Assembly (NCBI GenBank): GCA_905178155.1
Contig: CAJINV010000005.1
Coordinates: forward strand, 3,168,833 to 3,232,832
Source: Amoebophrya sp. A120
Lineage: Eukaryota; Protista; Dinoflagellata
Reading direction: 5' to 3'
DNA length: 64,000 nucleotides
The notes beneath the pieces are model-generated. The model worked only from the letters and a program-made list of their open reading frames with translations. It was not told the origin of the DNA and made no database searches. Both the position numbers and the translations under genes were made by a program. Positions 12,003-27,000 of the stretch are shown piece by piece. Every line of letters starts with the position of its first letter. Position 1 is the first letter of the stretch.

Positions 12003-15000
12003 ATGTCGGGCCAGGGACCGCAGGAGTCCCACGTGGGTCCGAAGTTCACGCTCGGGAACGTCCCCGATGTGAATAAGTACCGCGACCGGCGAATCCACGA
12101 CCAAGATGCGCCGAAGATCGTGGAGCTCGGCCAGGCATGGGCCCAGCTGGGGCCAAGGCCCATCATCAAGAGCTACTCCACCAGCACGTTCAAGAAGCCG
12201 ACCAAGCTGCCCAGGTAGAATTTTTGTATTGGTCTTGGTTTGTGTCATGGACATGGAGCATAGCCAAATGTAAATGTTTTTTTGCGCTACGATCTATTAC
12301 AAACTTGCTCCTGTCATGCGATTTTCTGTCAAGCTGCGCCGCAAGACTTGGTAATGCAAAGTGCAAATTCCAAAGCTTAACTAAAACAGGATATCAAAGA
12401 AGAAGATGGCTCGTGCAGAAACCGAGCCTCACGGGCTGCCTCCACCACCGCAAAAGCAGCCGCTTGCTGTGGAGGAGATCTCCAGCGACGATCTCATGGG
12501 CACGATTTTGCACCAAACAGAGGAGCTGGGCGACTTCACGGCAATACACGAACTCCTCCCCGAGGCGGCAACGAACGTAAATGTTCCGGTGAAGCTAAAA
12601 AAGTCCGACGACGTCGGCGGACTTGCGCCGAGCCAGCTCAACAAACCGCTGCCACCATATGGTGTGCTGGTACCTCCGAAACACTTGGAGGAGACCGCAC
12701 CGGAGGCGGATTTGGTGCTGGGCGCGCGACTGGACGACATAGAGCACCACTTTGGCGACAGTCACGCAGGTGAAAGGCCAGGAAGAAAACCAAGGGCGCT
12801 GAGTCCAGGTATGGGTTGATTTGTTCTTGTTGGTGTCCACGCCTTCGATTGCATGACAGAACCTCGTCTTACGCATAGATGTTGTGCCTGGCACTCGAAA
12901 TTTTTCGTGCAAAAAGATTATGAAGACAAAAATCATATCAGTGATGGTCGGCAGTAGTGCCGCCTCCTCGTCCAGCCTCGACCCAGACGACACTGTGGAG
13001 GGCCGGAAGCAGCGGCAGCGACAAGCGCTGCTCCGCGGATCGCAGCTGTTCCAAAACCCGGACGAGATCGACCTGCAGGCGCTTGCGTCCGACGAATTGG
13101 AGGCGTTCGACGTACCCGATCGCTTCGAGGACAAGACCGAGGCCGAGTGGATAGAAGAGTGCAGCGCGGAGCCCGACAGCATCCACGCCCACGTCCTGCA
13201 TTTCGAGGACGGCGACTGGATCCTGAAGGAGTGCTGGGTGCGCGACTTCCGAGAAGGCCGGTACCTCTGTGAGCTGCTCGGCGGCGCGATAAAGTGGGTG
13301 AAGCGGCTTTGTCTGCGCTTTGTGCGAGAAAATCCGCGCAAGTGGGCGGACCGTATTAAGACGGCGAAAATGAAGAGGCAGCAGGCGATTCTGCAGCAGA
13401 AGTTGCTGCGGTACATCGACAGTATCTCTGGAGAATCCACCACGGAAATGGCAAGAACGACAAAAGAGAAGTTCGTGACGCAGGGGCTCTCTTTGCTCGA
13501 GCCGAAGCAGTTCCAGAAGGACCCCATGTCGCCCTACTACGTGGACACCACGGTCGAGGCACATTTGCTCGAAAACACGCCCGGCGCGAACGAGAAGTCA
13601 CAGTACCTGCAGGGATACGTGCCGAAAATCCGGGACCTCATGTACGACGTGGAAGCGGTGTATTTGTGGAGCATGAAACTCTCCATCACGAAGCAGAACC
13701 TGATCGAGCGAAACGGCTTCCTCGACGCGTTTATCCCCGACGACCAGGAGTTTCAGCCGTTGTTGGTTCCTTTTCTCCCGCCCAACCAGCAGTTTGCGAT
13801 GCTGGGGCGGGAAGAGTTGGCGGACCTGGAGAAGAAGAAGCAAATGGAGGCGGAGGTGACCGCAACGTCACCCGCATCGCCTTCGTTGCGCCGGGCCGCC
13901 CCCCGGCCCGAACTGGACATGATGGAGCGGAGAAAACAGCACGTGTACGACGCGTATACGTTGGCGTCGAGTCGGGAGGCGCTGATCTACTTCGGGCTGG
14001 TCGAGCCCATGCCGCAAGACTCTCTACACGTTAGCGCGCGCGTCCCGGTTCTCATGTCGCACATGCACGAGAAGCGGGAGCATTTAGTGCGGACGACGTT
14101 CGAGAAGTTCCGGCAAATCATGGATTTGTCCCTCCTAGACACAGAACGCGGGCAGAACCTGGCGATCCTGCAGATGGGCATGTCGAACGCGGATCCGAGC
14201 CGGACCGCGCAGAAGCTGAAACAGTTGAAGAAGCAGCAGCAGCAGAAGCTGCAGATCGGCACTTCCGCAGCTGCGTCCTCTTCGGCAAAGAAGCTCGATT
14301 ACGTTTCTTTCGGCCGAAACAACAACTTCCCGGAGTTCATTTTCGGCTCCACCGGCGCGGACTTCTACCGGAATTACCAGCACCCGGCGCGGGACAAGGA
14401 GGCATTGGACTTCCTGCAAAGTCCGGTCGAGTTGGAGGATTTTTTGAAGCACATGACCACGCACCGCGCGAATGTGCAGAACATTTTGGCGCAGGACTGG
14501 CGGGATTTCATCGTGTCCGACGTGGTGGACCAGTGTGGGGACAGCTACAACTTTTTCACGGACAACCTGGAGAAGCACTTGGCTTCCGACTTCCACCCCT
14601 TTTTGCACAAGTTGGACCTGGTGTTGCACTCCCAGCTCCGGTATGGATTGCAAAAATGTCTGGGTCTGGAAAGAATGGGATTTGTAATGCTACCTGTCGA
14701 CCACGATAGAAAAATCTGTATTGCATGAGCAGCAAAAGCTGCTTGAGTTTTTGCCACTCGGAGAGGGCATTTCTCATGCACAATAGGCATTGCCAAGGCT
14801 TTGCGAGAACTGTGATGCTACAGCATGCATCACAGGCATCTTGGGTCATGTACAATTGTGCATGACAAACTCCCCGAATCTTCCAGACCCAGACATTTTT
14901 GCATTTGATATGCAGGCGTTTTTTCAAATGTCCATGCAGCGGTGGGTGGAGTTCTTCCTGCTGTATAAGGACGTATCAAATGCAAAAGTGTCTGGGTCTG

Positions 15001-18000
15001 GAACAAAGCAACTTGTCATGCTAAATCTGAATCATGTAAAAATCTGTGTTGCATCATTACCAAAAGCTGTCCACTTTTGACCTAATCGAGAGGCAGTTTC
15101 TTATGCAGAATAGGCATGATAGAACTCTCACAGAATCTGTCATGCTATGTCCTGCATACCAGACCCCATGCGTCATGGAAAACCTGCATGACAAGGCTGG
15201 TACTCTTCCAGACCCAGACACTTTTGCAGTTCATAAGACGCGTCGTTGAACATCTTGCGCACGGGCGACCACTACATTCCGGACAACACCCCGGGGTCCG
15301 GCATGATCGAGCGTCGGCGCCGGCGGATCGAGGAGGCGAAGCGAAAGGCCGAGGAGGAGGAGAGGTTGCGCAGAGAAGCCGAGGAGGCCAGAATAGCGGC
15401 GGAACAAGCCGCTTTAGAGGCCGCCCGGAAAGCGGAGGAGGAGGGGAAACCCATCCCGAAAGCCGCGCCACCAGCACCCGCCGCGGCTGCTCCTGCGGCA
15501 ACAACACCCGCCCCAGCGGCTCCTGCAGAAGGAGATGCGGCTGAGGGAGCGGGTGGAGACGGCGCAGAGGCCGCGCCGAACGCACAGGACGCAGACGAGG
15601 ACAGTGCGGCGTTCGGCGACGAGTCCGTCGCGGTCTCCCCGATGCGGGTGCAACTGCTCGGCCAGAAGAAAAAACAGAAGGAAATCCCGTTTGAGTGCGT
15701 GGTGCCGCAGCCGAGCCCCATGCTGATCGTCCATTGCATGTTCGACGAGGAGAGCAAAAAGGTCGTGTTCAAGCCGAGTCTGGAGGAACTAGAAGAGGCC
15801 TTTTCCCAGTTGACCTACAGCTGCGCGGACACCGTGTCGGAAGTTATGGCGGTCGAGTTCGAGATGGTCAGTTGCTGCAACATGCCGGCGGTGAACTTGT
15901 TTCAGGTAACCAAGGACGCCCCGGTGATTGCGGACGCGGTCAAGGTCGTGTGCGAAGTGCTACACTTGCTCTACCAGGTGCCGGAGCGGGAGATTTTGCA
16001 AAAGTACGCGAAGTTCACCTATCTTTTCGACGAACCGGAAAAGCTACAGCTCCGGGATTGGGAAACGGTGCTGGACGAGCTGCAAAAACTGCAGCAGGCC
16101 CGGGACAAGATCGACGCGCTTTCCGGCGTGGTGGAGACCTTCCCTCTGTTCGAGGTCCACTGCTACGAAGTGTTGCAGGCATACCGGGAGCGGTTGGACT
16201 TCTTGCGCGACTCGATCCTCGAGTCGCTGCAGGAGGACGCGTATGCATTGCGAAAGTAGTATCGTACTCGTATAAATGCATTACAAATTTCCTCAGCATG
16301 AGAAATAAAGTTTGTGATGCGGATTTATCTTAAGAAAAGAATGCATTTTTGCCATACGAGTACGATACTTTTGCACAGGATAACGCGCGCCTCCAACTCG
16401 ACGAGTTGGACGCGGACTGGAAGGTATCAAAAGTAAAAATGTCTGGGTCTGGAAGAATGCAACTTGTCGTGCTAAATCTGAATCATGTAAAAATCTGTGT
16501 TGCGTCATTACCAAAAGCTGTCCACTTTTGACCTAATCGAGAGGCAGCGTCTCATGCAGAATAGGCATGATAGAACTCTCACAGAATCTGTCATGCTATG
16601 TCCTACATACCAGACCTCATGGGTCATGGAAAACCTGCATGACAAGTCTTGCATTCATCCAGACCCAGACACTTTTGCATTTGATAGAAGGTGTGCAGAA
16701 GAAGATTAACCGAGCCGGTCGAAAACGAGGACCAAATGAAAGATCTGAAGAAATACCTTATCAAATGTAAAAATGTCTGGGTCTGGAAGATTGCCACTGC
16801 CAGACTTGTCATGCAGGTTTTCCATAACCCATGAGGTCTGGTATGTAGGAAACAGCATGACAGATTCTGCGAAACCTCTCCAATGCCTATCCTGCATGAG
16901 AAACTGCCTCTCGATTAGGTCAAAAGTGCACAAGTTTTGGCAATCACGCAACACAGTTTTTTGCCTGATTCAGATTTAGCATGACAAGTTGCATTCTTCC
17001 AGACCCAGACATTTTTACATTTGATATACCTACCAGCATTGCAAAAGAACGTGATCAACCCGCAGATCGCGAAACTCAAGCTGATCGGCGCACAGCTGGG
17101 GGTAAGTTGACATTTTGAAGAATCTTTTTCCATTATAAATTTTCGATGCATAAATACGTTCGGTACTTACTAGTGCTAGTGACGTGACGGTGACCTGCTG
17201 CGCCGGGCTAGCTGTTTGCAGCAAGCAATTCGAAAAAGGAATTATGCCCGCTTACACCATCAAACAGGTCCTAGAAGAGCTGAACTATAAGGAGATGGAT
17301 TCAACCTTAATCGAGCGGCAACTGGACGCCAACCACTGGCCGCAGACCGTGCTGGTGGACCGCGAGAAGCGGTTGACCGACCTGACGAAGGAGCAGATGA
17401 AGTTCCAGCAGGTCTTGATGGCGGAAAAGGAACAGTACGCCAAGGACTTCGCCAAGTGGAAGGAAGATTTGATCTTTGTGAAAACGAAGATGGACACGTT
17501 CGCCAAGGCCAAGGAGTACGACAAGTTGGTCACGGGTTTGAAGGACGCGCTGACCGACGCAAAGCGCCGGTTGGACGACTTCCGGAAAAGGGAAACCCTG
17601 TTCAACATAGAATTGTCCGAAACCGAGCCGCTGGACGAGTTGTCCGAGGAATACGAGGACTACTACAAGTTGTGGAACATCGCCATCGACTTCACCTACA
17701 ATTTAGAAGAGTGGGTGAACGGAAAGTTCACGACGCTGGAGGCGCCGGAGATCATCGCTAACTGCGAAACCTGGTACAAGACCGCGTACAAGATGACGAA
17801 GATGTTCGACCAGAGTCCGATCCAACTCCAGGTCGCGTCCGACTTGGTGGACGCTTTGAAGCAGTTCAACACGAAGTTGCCACTCATCGAGTCCTGCTGC
17901 CACCCGGCGTTCGAAGTGCGGCACTGGAACACGATCTTCTACGAGCACATGGACCTGGAGACGGAGACGCCCGAATTCGCGGACTACAGCTTCTTATCAA

Positions 18001-21000
18001 ATGCAAATATGTCTGGATCTGGAAGGTCGGAAGACTTGTCATGCAGGTTTGCCATGACGCGTGAGGTCTATCATACATGACCCAGCATGACAGATTTTCC
18101 CCGACCTCTATCATGCCTCGTCTGCATGAGAAACCCCCTCTCAGCTTGGTCAAAAGTGGACAGCTTTTGGTAATCATGCAACACAGATTTTTGCACTATC
18201 CAGAATTAGCATGACAAGTTGCGTTCTTGCAGATGTTTATTTGCAATGCATACTTCTCCTTGAAGCAACTGGAGGAGATCGACATCATGAGCCACATATC
18301 CTGTGCAAAAGCATCGTACTCGTATTGTAATCATGCATTACAAATCCTGTTCTTGAGGCAAATTAGCATTACAGATTTTATTTCTCATGCTGAGGAAATT
18401 TGTAATGCATTTATACGAGTGCGATACTTTTGCACTGGATACCACATCGACATCATCCAGGAGGTGTCCGCGGGCGCGCAGAAGGAGTACTCGCTGCGGG
18501 TGACGCTGAAGGGCATGAAGAAGGAGTGGGAGCTATCCCGTGTAAAAACATCCCCACACCAGAGTCAAGATGGGAAATCTGCTAGACAAATCAACCAGCT
18601 TTGGTTGCTTCGCATGACAAATTTGGCCTCGTAGTGTAATCCTGTTTAGCTAGCTCCAGCAGCATCACAGATCTAGCACATCGTGCTGGTTTGAGCATCA
18701 CAAGCTCCAAAACACGACGGGTAAATGCTTCGCATGGGGTCCGCATGAGAAACATTTTTGGCATGCAGATTTGCATGACTACTCTGGGGTGGGGACGTTT
18801 TTACACAGGATAGGAGCCCATGGTGTTCGAAACCGTCGCGTACAAGGAAACCGGGACGTACCTCATGCGTGGTCTGGACGACGTCCAAACTCTTCTCGAC
18901 GACCACATCATGAAGACGCAGGCCGTCCGCGGGTCGCCGTTCTGCAAGCCGTTCGAGCGGGAGTGCCGGGACTGGGAGGCGAAATTGTTGTACATTCAGG
19001 ACTCGCTGGACCAGATCCTGCAGTGCCAGAAGCAGTGGCTGTACCTGGAGCCGATCTTCGCGTCCGAGGACATCGTGCGGCAGATGCCGGCCGAAGCCTC
19101 GAAGTTCCGCCGGGTGGACGAGCGGTGGAGGGAGACGATGGCGATCATCTCCGAGAACCCGGGCGTGATTGAGTTCGCGGACATCGAAAATCTGTACCAG
19201 AACTTCGTCGAGGCCAACACGCGCCTGGACCAGATCACGAAGGGGTTGAACGATTATCTGGAAACGAAGCGGTTGTACTTCCCGCGGTTCTTCTTTCTGT
19301 CCAACGACGAATTGCTCTCGATTTTGTCCGAGACGAAGGACCCCACCAAGGTGCAGCCGCACATGAACAAGGCCTTCGAGGGAATCTCGAAGGTGCGGTT
19401 CAAAAACAACCAAATCATCACGGCCATGATTTCCGCCGAGGGCGAGGTCGTGGAGCTGCTGAAACCCGTGGATGTGGACAAGGGCGAAAACAAGGGCAAC
19501 GTGGAAAAGTGGCTGCTGGAGGTCGAACACTCCATGTCGGGCACACTGTATCAAAATGAAAAATTCCCCCTCCCCATATCAAAACGGAAATCTGTGATGC
19601 GGGATTTGTGTACACAAATCGGATCTGTCTTGCAGTAGAGCACTGCGCGCAAATGCTAAGCCTGAACAGGGGTATTCTGGTGTAGGTGCTTAGCATGGCA
19701 GACGTCTGCCCCGTAGAACTTACAGCATCACACACCTCCCCTATAACGCGGCGGGCTCTCTGGATTTGCGTTCTTGCAAGACAGACAGGATTTGTGGCCA
19801 CAAATCTGCATCGCAAAGTTTCGGAAGGCTGCGCTCGTGATATGGGGAGGGGAGATTTTTCCTTGCAATACGCTGCGCGACATCACCACGAAGTCGATCA
19901 AGGACTACAACGAGAAGCCGCGCACCGAGTGGGTGGGGAACTGGCCGGGGCAGGTGGTCATTTGCGTGGACATGATTGTCTGGTCGGACCGGGTCGGGAA
20001 GGCGCTGGAGGTGAAGAACATCCAGGGTGCCTACGACGAAATCAATTCCGAGCTGGAAGACGTGGTCGTGCTGGTCCGCGGAGAACTGCCGAAGTTGATG
20101 CGGCGGACCCTGGGCGCCATGACCACGATCGACGTGCACAACCGCGACGTGGTGGGCGACCTGGTGCAGAAGGGCATCGACGACCCGAACGCGTTCGACT
20201 GGATCGCGCAACTTCGGTACTACTGGCACCAGCCGAAGGAGGTGGTGATGAAACTGACCGGGAAGCCGAACGACACCGTGGAGTGCGCGGTGCGGATCAT
20301 CAACTCGCTGCTCTATTACGCGTTTGAGTACCTGGGTAACTCCGACCGCCTGGTGATCACCGCCCTGACGGATCGCTGCTACCGCACCCTGATGGGCGCG
20401 TTCGACCTGTACTACGGGGGCGGTCCCGAGGGGCCGGCCGGAACCGGGAAGACGGAATCCGTGAAGGATTTGGCAAAGGCGTTGGCCATCCAGTTATGCA
20501 TTGCAAATATGTCTGGGTCTGGAAGAATACAAACTTGTGATGCGCATTTCAGAACACAGAAAAATCTCTTATGTATGGGTAGCAAAAGCTGCCCACTTTC
20601 TGTCACCAAAATGGGGCATTTGTCATGCGGCTTCGGCATTGCGGAAGCTTCTCGAAACCTGTGATGCTAGAGCTTCCATGCCAGACCTTCTGTGTCATGC
20701 AAAAGCAGCATGATTCTTCCAGACCCAGACATTTTTGTATTTGATACCAGTGCGTGGTGTTCAACTGCTCGGACGGTCTGGATTTCCTGGCGATGGCGAA
20801 GTTCTTCAAGGGCTTAGCCGCCTCCGGTGCCTGGTGCTGCTTCGATGAGTTCAACCGAATCAACGCGGAGGTGTTGTCCGTGATTGCGCAGCAGGTGATG
20901 ACGATTCAGTTGGCAATTATCGAGAAGAAGAAGCGGTTTCTGTTCGAGGGCACGGAACTGCAACTGATCCCGACCTGCGCGGTGAACATCACGATGAACC

Positions 21001-24000
21001 CGGGTTACGCCGGGCGCGTCGAGCTGCCGGACAACTTGAAGGCTTTGTTCCGCCCGGTGGCGATGATGGTGCCAGACTACGCGATGATCGGGGAAATCTT
21101 TCTCTACGGGTGCGGTTTCACGTACGCGAAAGATCTCGGGATCAAAGCCACGCAGGCGCTGCGTCTCTCCTCGGAACAGCTCTCCCCGCAGGCGCACTAC
21201 GATTTCGGGATGCGCGGTCTGAAATCCCTTCTCGTGGCCTCGGGAAACATGAAGCGGAAGTACGGCGACAAGTTCCCGGAGTTCACCCTCGCACTGCGCG
21301 GCTTCCTCGATGTGAACTTGCCCAAATTCACGGCCGCGGACGTGCCCCTCTTCGACGGTATCGTCGGCGATCTGTTCCCCGGGGTCGAGCTCCCGCCCGC
21401 GGACACGGAAACGCTGGAGAAGGCGCTGACCGAGGCGTGTACGGAACTGGGGCTGCAGCCAACCAAATACTTCATCCTGAAAGCGATTCAACTTTTGGAA
21501 ACTCTTTTGGTCCGTCACGGGTTGATGACGGTGGGACTGCCGCCGTGCGGAAAGACGAGCATCAACAACGCGCTGTCGATCATGCTGGAGAAGTTGCAGG
21601 ACGGGGAGAACTTGAGGCCGGTGCAGAAGTACATTCTGAACCCAAAATCCATCCCGAAGGACAACCTGTACGGTTCCTTTGACGAGAACACGCACGAGTG
21701 GTCTGATGGAATTCTCGCGATCTCCGTCCGCCAGGCGTCCAGTGCGGACGAGGCGTTCCGGCATTGGGTGATTATGGACGGCCCGATTGACGCGATCTGG
21801 ATCGAAGACATGAACACGGTGCTGGACGATAACAAGAAGCTGTGTCTCCTCTCTGGGGAAATCGTAAAGCTTTCCCCCTCGGTGAACATGATGTTCGAGG
21901 TGTCCGACCTGGCCGTCGCTTCGCCCGCGACCGTCTCCCGTTGTGGTATGGTTTTGATGGAGCCGGAGAACGTCTCCTGGCGACCGCTCGTGCAGAGCTG
22001 GTGCCAGCGCCTGCCGGAGCATCTGCAGCCGGTAAAAGACCAAATCTACAACATGTTCGACGCGCACCTAGACATGACCATCGACCTCGTGAAGCGCATG
22101 CACGTATTGTTGCCCGCGGAAACGAGCGCCATCGGGCTGCACGGGTGGATGGGCGTGCAGGTGTCCCGCATGATGGAGTCCCTCATGCACTGCCACGCGC
22201 CACCGCCCGGGGAGACGATTGACGGGAAGCCCACGAAGACGCTGGCCGGAAAGGAGCTCGAGGTTGGTGGATAGCTTTCATTTCTTCGACTTTTGTTTAT
22301 CTACTTTGTCTTTCTGCCTTTCGACACAACTTGTCTTGAATTAATTTACTGTGGGTCGCACCTAATCTATGAATCAACACAGAAATATATCGTTTTCGAC
22401 CTGAAAGAAAGTGCCTGGAGGAATCAGGGTCGAGTGAACAAGATGACCCTCCGAAGATATTAAAATGAATTTCATCAGACCCGCGTGGACATTCTCTTCT
22501 ACTTCGCACTTCTCTGGACGGTCGGTGGTTGCATCGACGAGTCGAAGCGCAAGTTGTTTGACCAGTTTCTCCGAGAAATCATCACCGGGGGCGACGGTGG
22601 GTTCCTCACCCCGGAACAGCTCCGCGACAAGTACGACTTGCTCGAGACGAAGTGGCGACACGTGCCTTCCAAGCAAGCGCTCCCGGATCCGGAAAAAGGC
22701 AGCATCTACGACTTTTACATCGACGAGCAGCAGGGCAAATGGACGCCGTGGGTCAGTCTGATCAAACCCCACATGACGGCTATCCCGGAAAGTAACACGC
22801 TATTATGCTTTTGAATCAATTTGATGCAGCTGCCTTCGAGCGTTATTCTTATTCTATCTATCTTCTTCATTGGGAATGAAACGAGTAATAGGATTGCTGC
22901 GTGCAAAACAATCTAATATCCACGACAAAATAACCACACGACCACCACAGATGCCCAATTCCACAACGTGATCGTTCCGACCGGAGACACGATCCGCAAC
23001 CAGTACCTGATGCAGATCTACTGCGCGAAGCAGGCCCACCAGGTGAACGTGTTGTTCTGCGGTATCACGGGAACCGGGAAAACCGTGGCCGTGAAGAATC
23101 AGTTGCTAACCGGGTTCGACGAGCAGGACTACACCAGCATGTCCTTTGCCTTTTCCGCCGCCACGACGAGCAAGCAAACGCAGGACATCATCGACGGCAA
23201 ACTCGACAAGCGCCGCCGCGGCGTGTTCGGGCCGCCGGTGGGGAAAACCATGGTCATTTTCGTGGACGATTTGAACATGCCCACCAAGGAGGAGTACGGG
23301 GCGCAGCCGCCGCTGGAGCTGCTGCGGCAGTTCTTCTGCCAGCAGGGGTGGTATGACCGGAAGACAAACGAATTCCGGCAGCTGGAAGACCTGCTGTTCA
23401 TCGGCGCGATGGGCCCGCCGGGCGGGGGCAAAAACACGATTCCGGCGCGCTACATGTGGCACTACAACCTGATCTACGTGACGCCGTACTCCGAGGAGGG
23501 GTTAAGCCGGATTTTCACGTCGATCCTGAAGTGGTTCTTTACGCCGTTTCCGTCCTCGATTTCCCAGGCGGTGCCCAACATCGTCAAGGGCAGCATCGAC
23601 GTCTACGATTCGGCCGGGCTGATCCTGCGCCCGACCCCCACGAAATCGCACTACGCGTTCAACTTGCGTGATTTGTCGAAGATCTTCCAGGGCTTGACCC
23701 TCTGCACCAAACCGTCGCTGCCGGATTTGGACACCCTGGTGCGCTGCTGGGCGCACGAGTGCAGCCGGATTTTCGCGGATCGGCTTATCAACGACGAGGA
23801 CAAAGCCGCGTTCGCAGATCTCCTGAAAGAGAAGATGGATGAGCATTTCAAGAAGAAGTGGACCGTGACGGTAAAGCTGGAGCCGCTGATTTTTGTGGAC
23901 TTTATGAACAGCAAGGGGATCTACGAGGAAGTAACCAGCCACACGGATCTGATCGCCAAGGTCCAGGAGTTGCTGAACGACTTCAACGCGGTGGCAAAGC

Positions 24001-27000
24001 ACCAGATGAACTTGGTTCTGTTCCTTAACTTTGTCAACCACGTCTCGAAAATTGTGCGTGTACTCCGCTTACCATTAGGCAACGCATTGTGCGTCGGGGT
24101 CGGCGGTAGCGGACGCAAGTCGGTGTCCACGCTCGCATCGGCCATTTGCGAATATGACATCTTCAGCATCGAAATCTCCAAGTCCTATGGGCAGCAAGAC
24201 TGGCACGACGACTTGAAGCGACTACTGATGGTCGTCGGTGGGAAGCAGAAGCCAAACACCTTCCTGTTTTCCGACACCCAAGTTCAGAAGGAGAGCTTCT
24301 TGGAGGATATCTCCTCGGTATTTTTATTTTACTTAGAAAAAGCTTCTGCTGATGAAGATGCATGCGAATGCGATAGAGAACCCGGCCTGCGTAGTTCTTC
24401 GCGGGTTCGAGAGTATTTTGCTTTTGCTTTTTCCCTCCTCTGATGAAGATCGTTGTCAGGAGTAGACTGGTAGTGGCCTTCTTGGTCCTGAACCTGAAGA
24501 TGCATGCGCAATATTACTTACATCATCATATGCACATATCATACACCTCTTCCCACTAAACAGATTCTGAACACGGGCGAGGTGCCAAATCTCTACAACA
24601 TGGAGGACAAGTCGCAAATCCTGGACATGTGCGCTAAGGGCGCGCAGGCGGATGGAAAGATGGGCAACGCGGCGGTATTTGCCTGGTACGTCGACCAGTG
24701 CAAGAAATTCCTCCACATCACGCTGTGTATACATTTTTAATATTTTTGGTTTTTGACTGATTTTCTTTTCATGATAGATGATCTTCTACGTGCTACAGAT
24801 CAAGATCTTCTAGTAGCATCTTCACTGATGTAAGTAAGTAATATCCTTGCGTAAGTAACATTAACAAAAATTGCCACTCGATCTTGTTTCCACTTCACAT
24901 CGTCCTCCACCTCTCCGCAGGTCTTTCTCCCATCGGCTCCGCCTTCCGCATCCGACTGCGAAATTACCCCTCGTTAGTCAATTGCTGTACCATCGACTGG
25001 TTTCTCTCCTGGCCGGAGGACGCACTGCAATCCGTCGCAGAGCAATTCCTGAAGAAGGAGTTTACGGATGCAGATGGCAAGCTGGATGAGGTTACGTTCA
25101 ACGGCATCGTGAAGACCTGCGTGAAGATGCAGGGTGGCGTTTATTCCTTGACGGAGCGATTCAGGAACGAGATTAGGCGGCACTACTACGTGACTCCGAC
25201 CAGTTACCTGGAGCTTGTCAACTGGTATAATTATGATAATTTTCCTTCTTCTTTTTACCTTTTGTTGAAAAACGAAATCGCTGGTGACGGTGTGGCGCCG
25301 GTTGATCAAAAATCTCCGTTGCTTTCTAGCAGATTCTCTATGCTTTTTCTTTCTAAAACAGCTTCATGGCACTGCTCGGCAAGAAGAAGGGGGAGGTTTC
25401 CGCAGCAAAGTCCCGGTACGACATTGGTTTAGACAAGATCATGAGCACGGAAGTGATGGTAAACGACATGCAGAAGGAGTTGGAGGATCTGCAACCCGTG
25501 CTGGTAAAGATGACAAAGGAGAACCAGGAGCAGATGGTGGTCATCGAGAAATCTTCCAAGGAGGCCGCGGTTACGAAGGGTTTGATTGAAAACGAGGAGA
25601 AGGAAGCGAACAAAATCTCCGCGGAGGCCGAGACCATGGCCCGGGACTGCCAGAAGGACCTGGACGAGGCGCTGCCGGCGCTGCAAGCCGCGGTGTCTGC
25701 CTTGAACTCTTTGTCCAAAGGCGATATCGTCGAGGTGAAAGCCATGAAGTCGCCGCCACCGGGGGTGATCCTCACCTCCCAGGCGCTCTGCATCATGTTC
25801 GGTGTGGACCCGATCAAGGTGAAGGACCCGGCCGGAGGAAACAAAAAGGTGGACGACTTCTGGGAACCGGCAAAGAAGAAGTTGTACGGAGACACGAATT
25901 TGCTGAAGAGGCTCATCGAATATGACAAAGACAACATCCCGGAGTCGGTCATTGCGAAGGTGAAGCCGTTCGACTCAGATCCGAATTTCGACCCGGAAGC
26001 CGTGAAAAAATCGTCCGTCGCCGCAGCGGGGATCTGTAAGTGGGTGCGGGCCATGATCGTGTACGAGAGGGTGGCAAGAGAAGTCGGCCCGAAAAGAGAA
26101 GCGTTGGCCGCGTCCAACGCGAGGCTAAAGGTAATTAAAGAAGCTTCTTTTCCACGACCTTCTTACCACTTTATAAGCCTGGTGTATTAATTGTGGAAGG
26201 AAAAGAATACAGATTTAATGATGCTTTTAGAGATGCAGGCGAAAACCAGTCTATCTTGTTCCTCACAAAAAAAACTCCCAGGCTGCACAAGACCAGCTGG
26301 CAGTAAAAAAAGCCGAGCTGAAGGAGGTGCTGGACAAGCTGCAAGCGCTGGAGGACGGTCTGAACGCCAGCAAGAAGAAGTCCGCCGAGCTGGCGCAGCA
26401 GGTGCAGGACTGCAAGACTCGACTGGCCCGGGCGGAAAAGCTGATCTCCGGTCTGGGTGGCGAGAAGGGCAGGTGGCAGACCTCCAGCGCCAAACTGGGG
26501 GAGGCGTTCGTAAATCTGGCGGGGGACATCTTGATTTCCTCCGGAATAATCGCGTACTTGGGGGTGTTCACGATGGCGTTACGACAGGAAGAGATCCACT
26601 CCTGGATCGCCACGCTGACGGAGCAGGGCATCCCCTGCACGAAGGACTTCAAATTGCCGGAGATCATCGGCGAGGCAATCAAAGTGAGGCAGTGGGTCAT
26701 CGACAAACTGCCGAATGACGCCCTGTCCATCGATAACGCCATCATGAAGGAGAACTCCGCACGTATTACAATGAAAAATGCCCCCTCCCCATATCAAAAC
26801 GGAAATTTGTGATGCAGATTTGTGGCCACAAATCAGCTTTGTGATGCTAGAGGGCAAAAGATGCGGACTGTAGTGCTGTCTAGCGTGGGAAAGCCTTGCA
26901 GCTCCAGGATGACAGGAGGCAACTGGAAGTGGGGAACAGCATTACAGATTACCCGCAATTTAGGCCGCAGCTTCGTCTCTTGGCCTTCTAGCAATACAAG

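Noticed and set aside
14641-14915. Apparent canonical GT...CAG intron overlapping the first dynein introner
   Set aside because: Removing 275 nt shifts the frame; 274 nt (element plus 5) keeps it.
20814-22067. 417-aa minus-strand ORF and other long antisense ORFs (12595-13527, 25353-26117, 38844-39674)
   Set aside because: They shadow GC-rich + strand exons of dynein and the coiled-coil gene and show no recognisable protein features.
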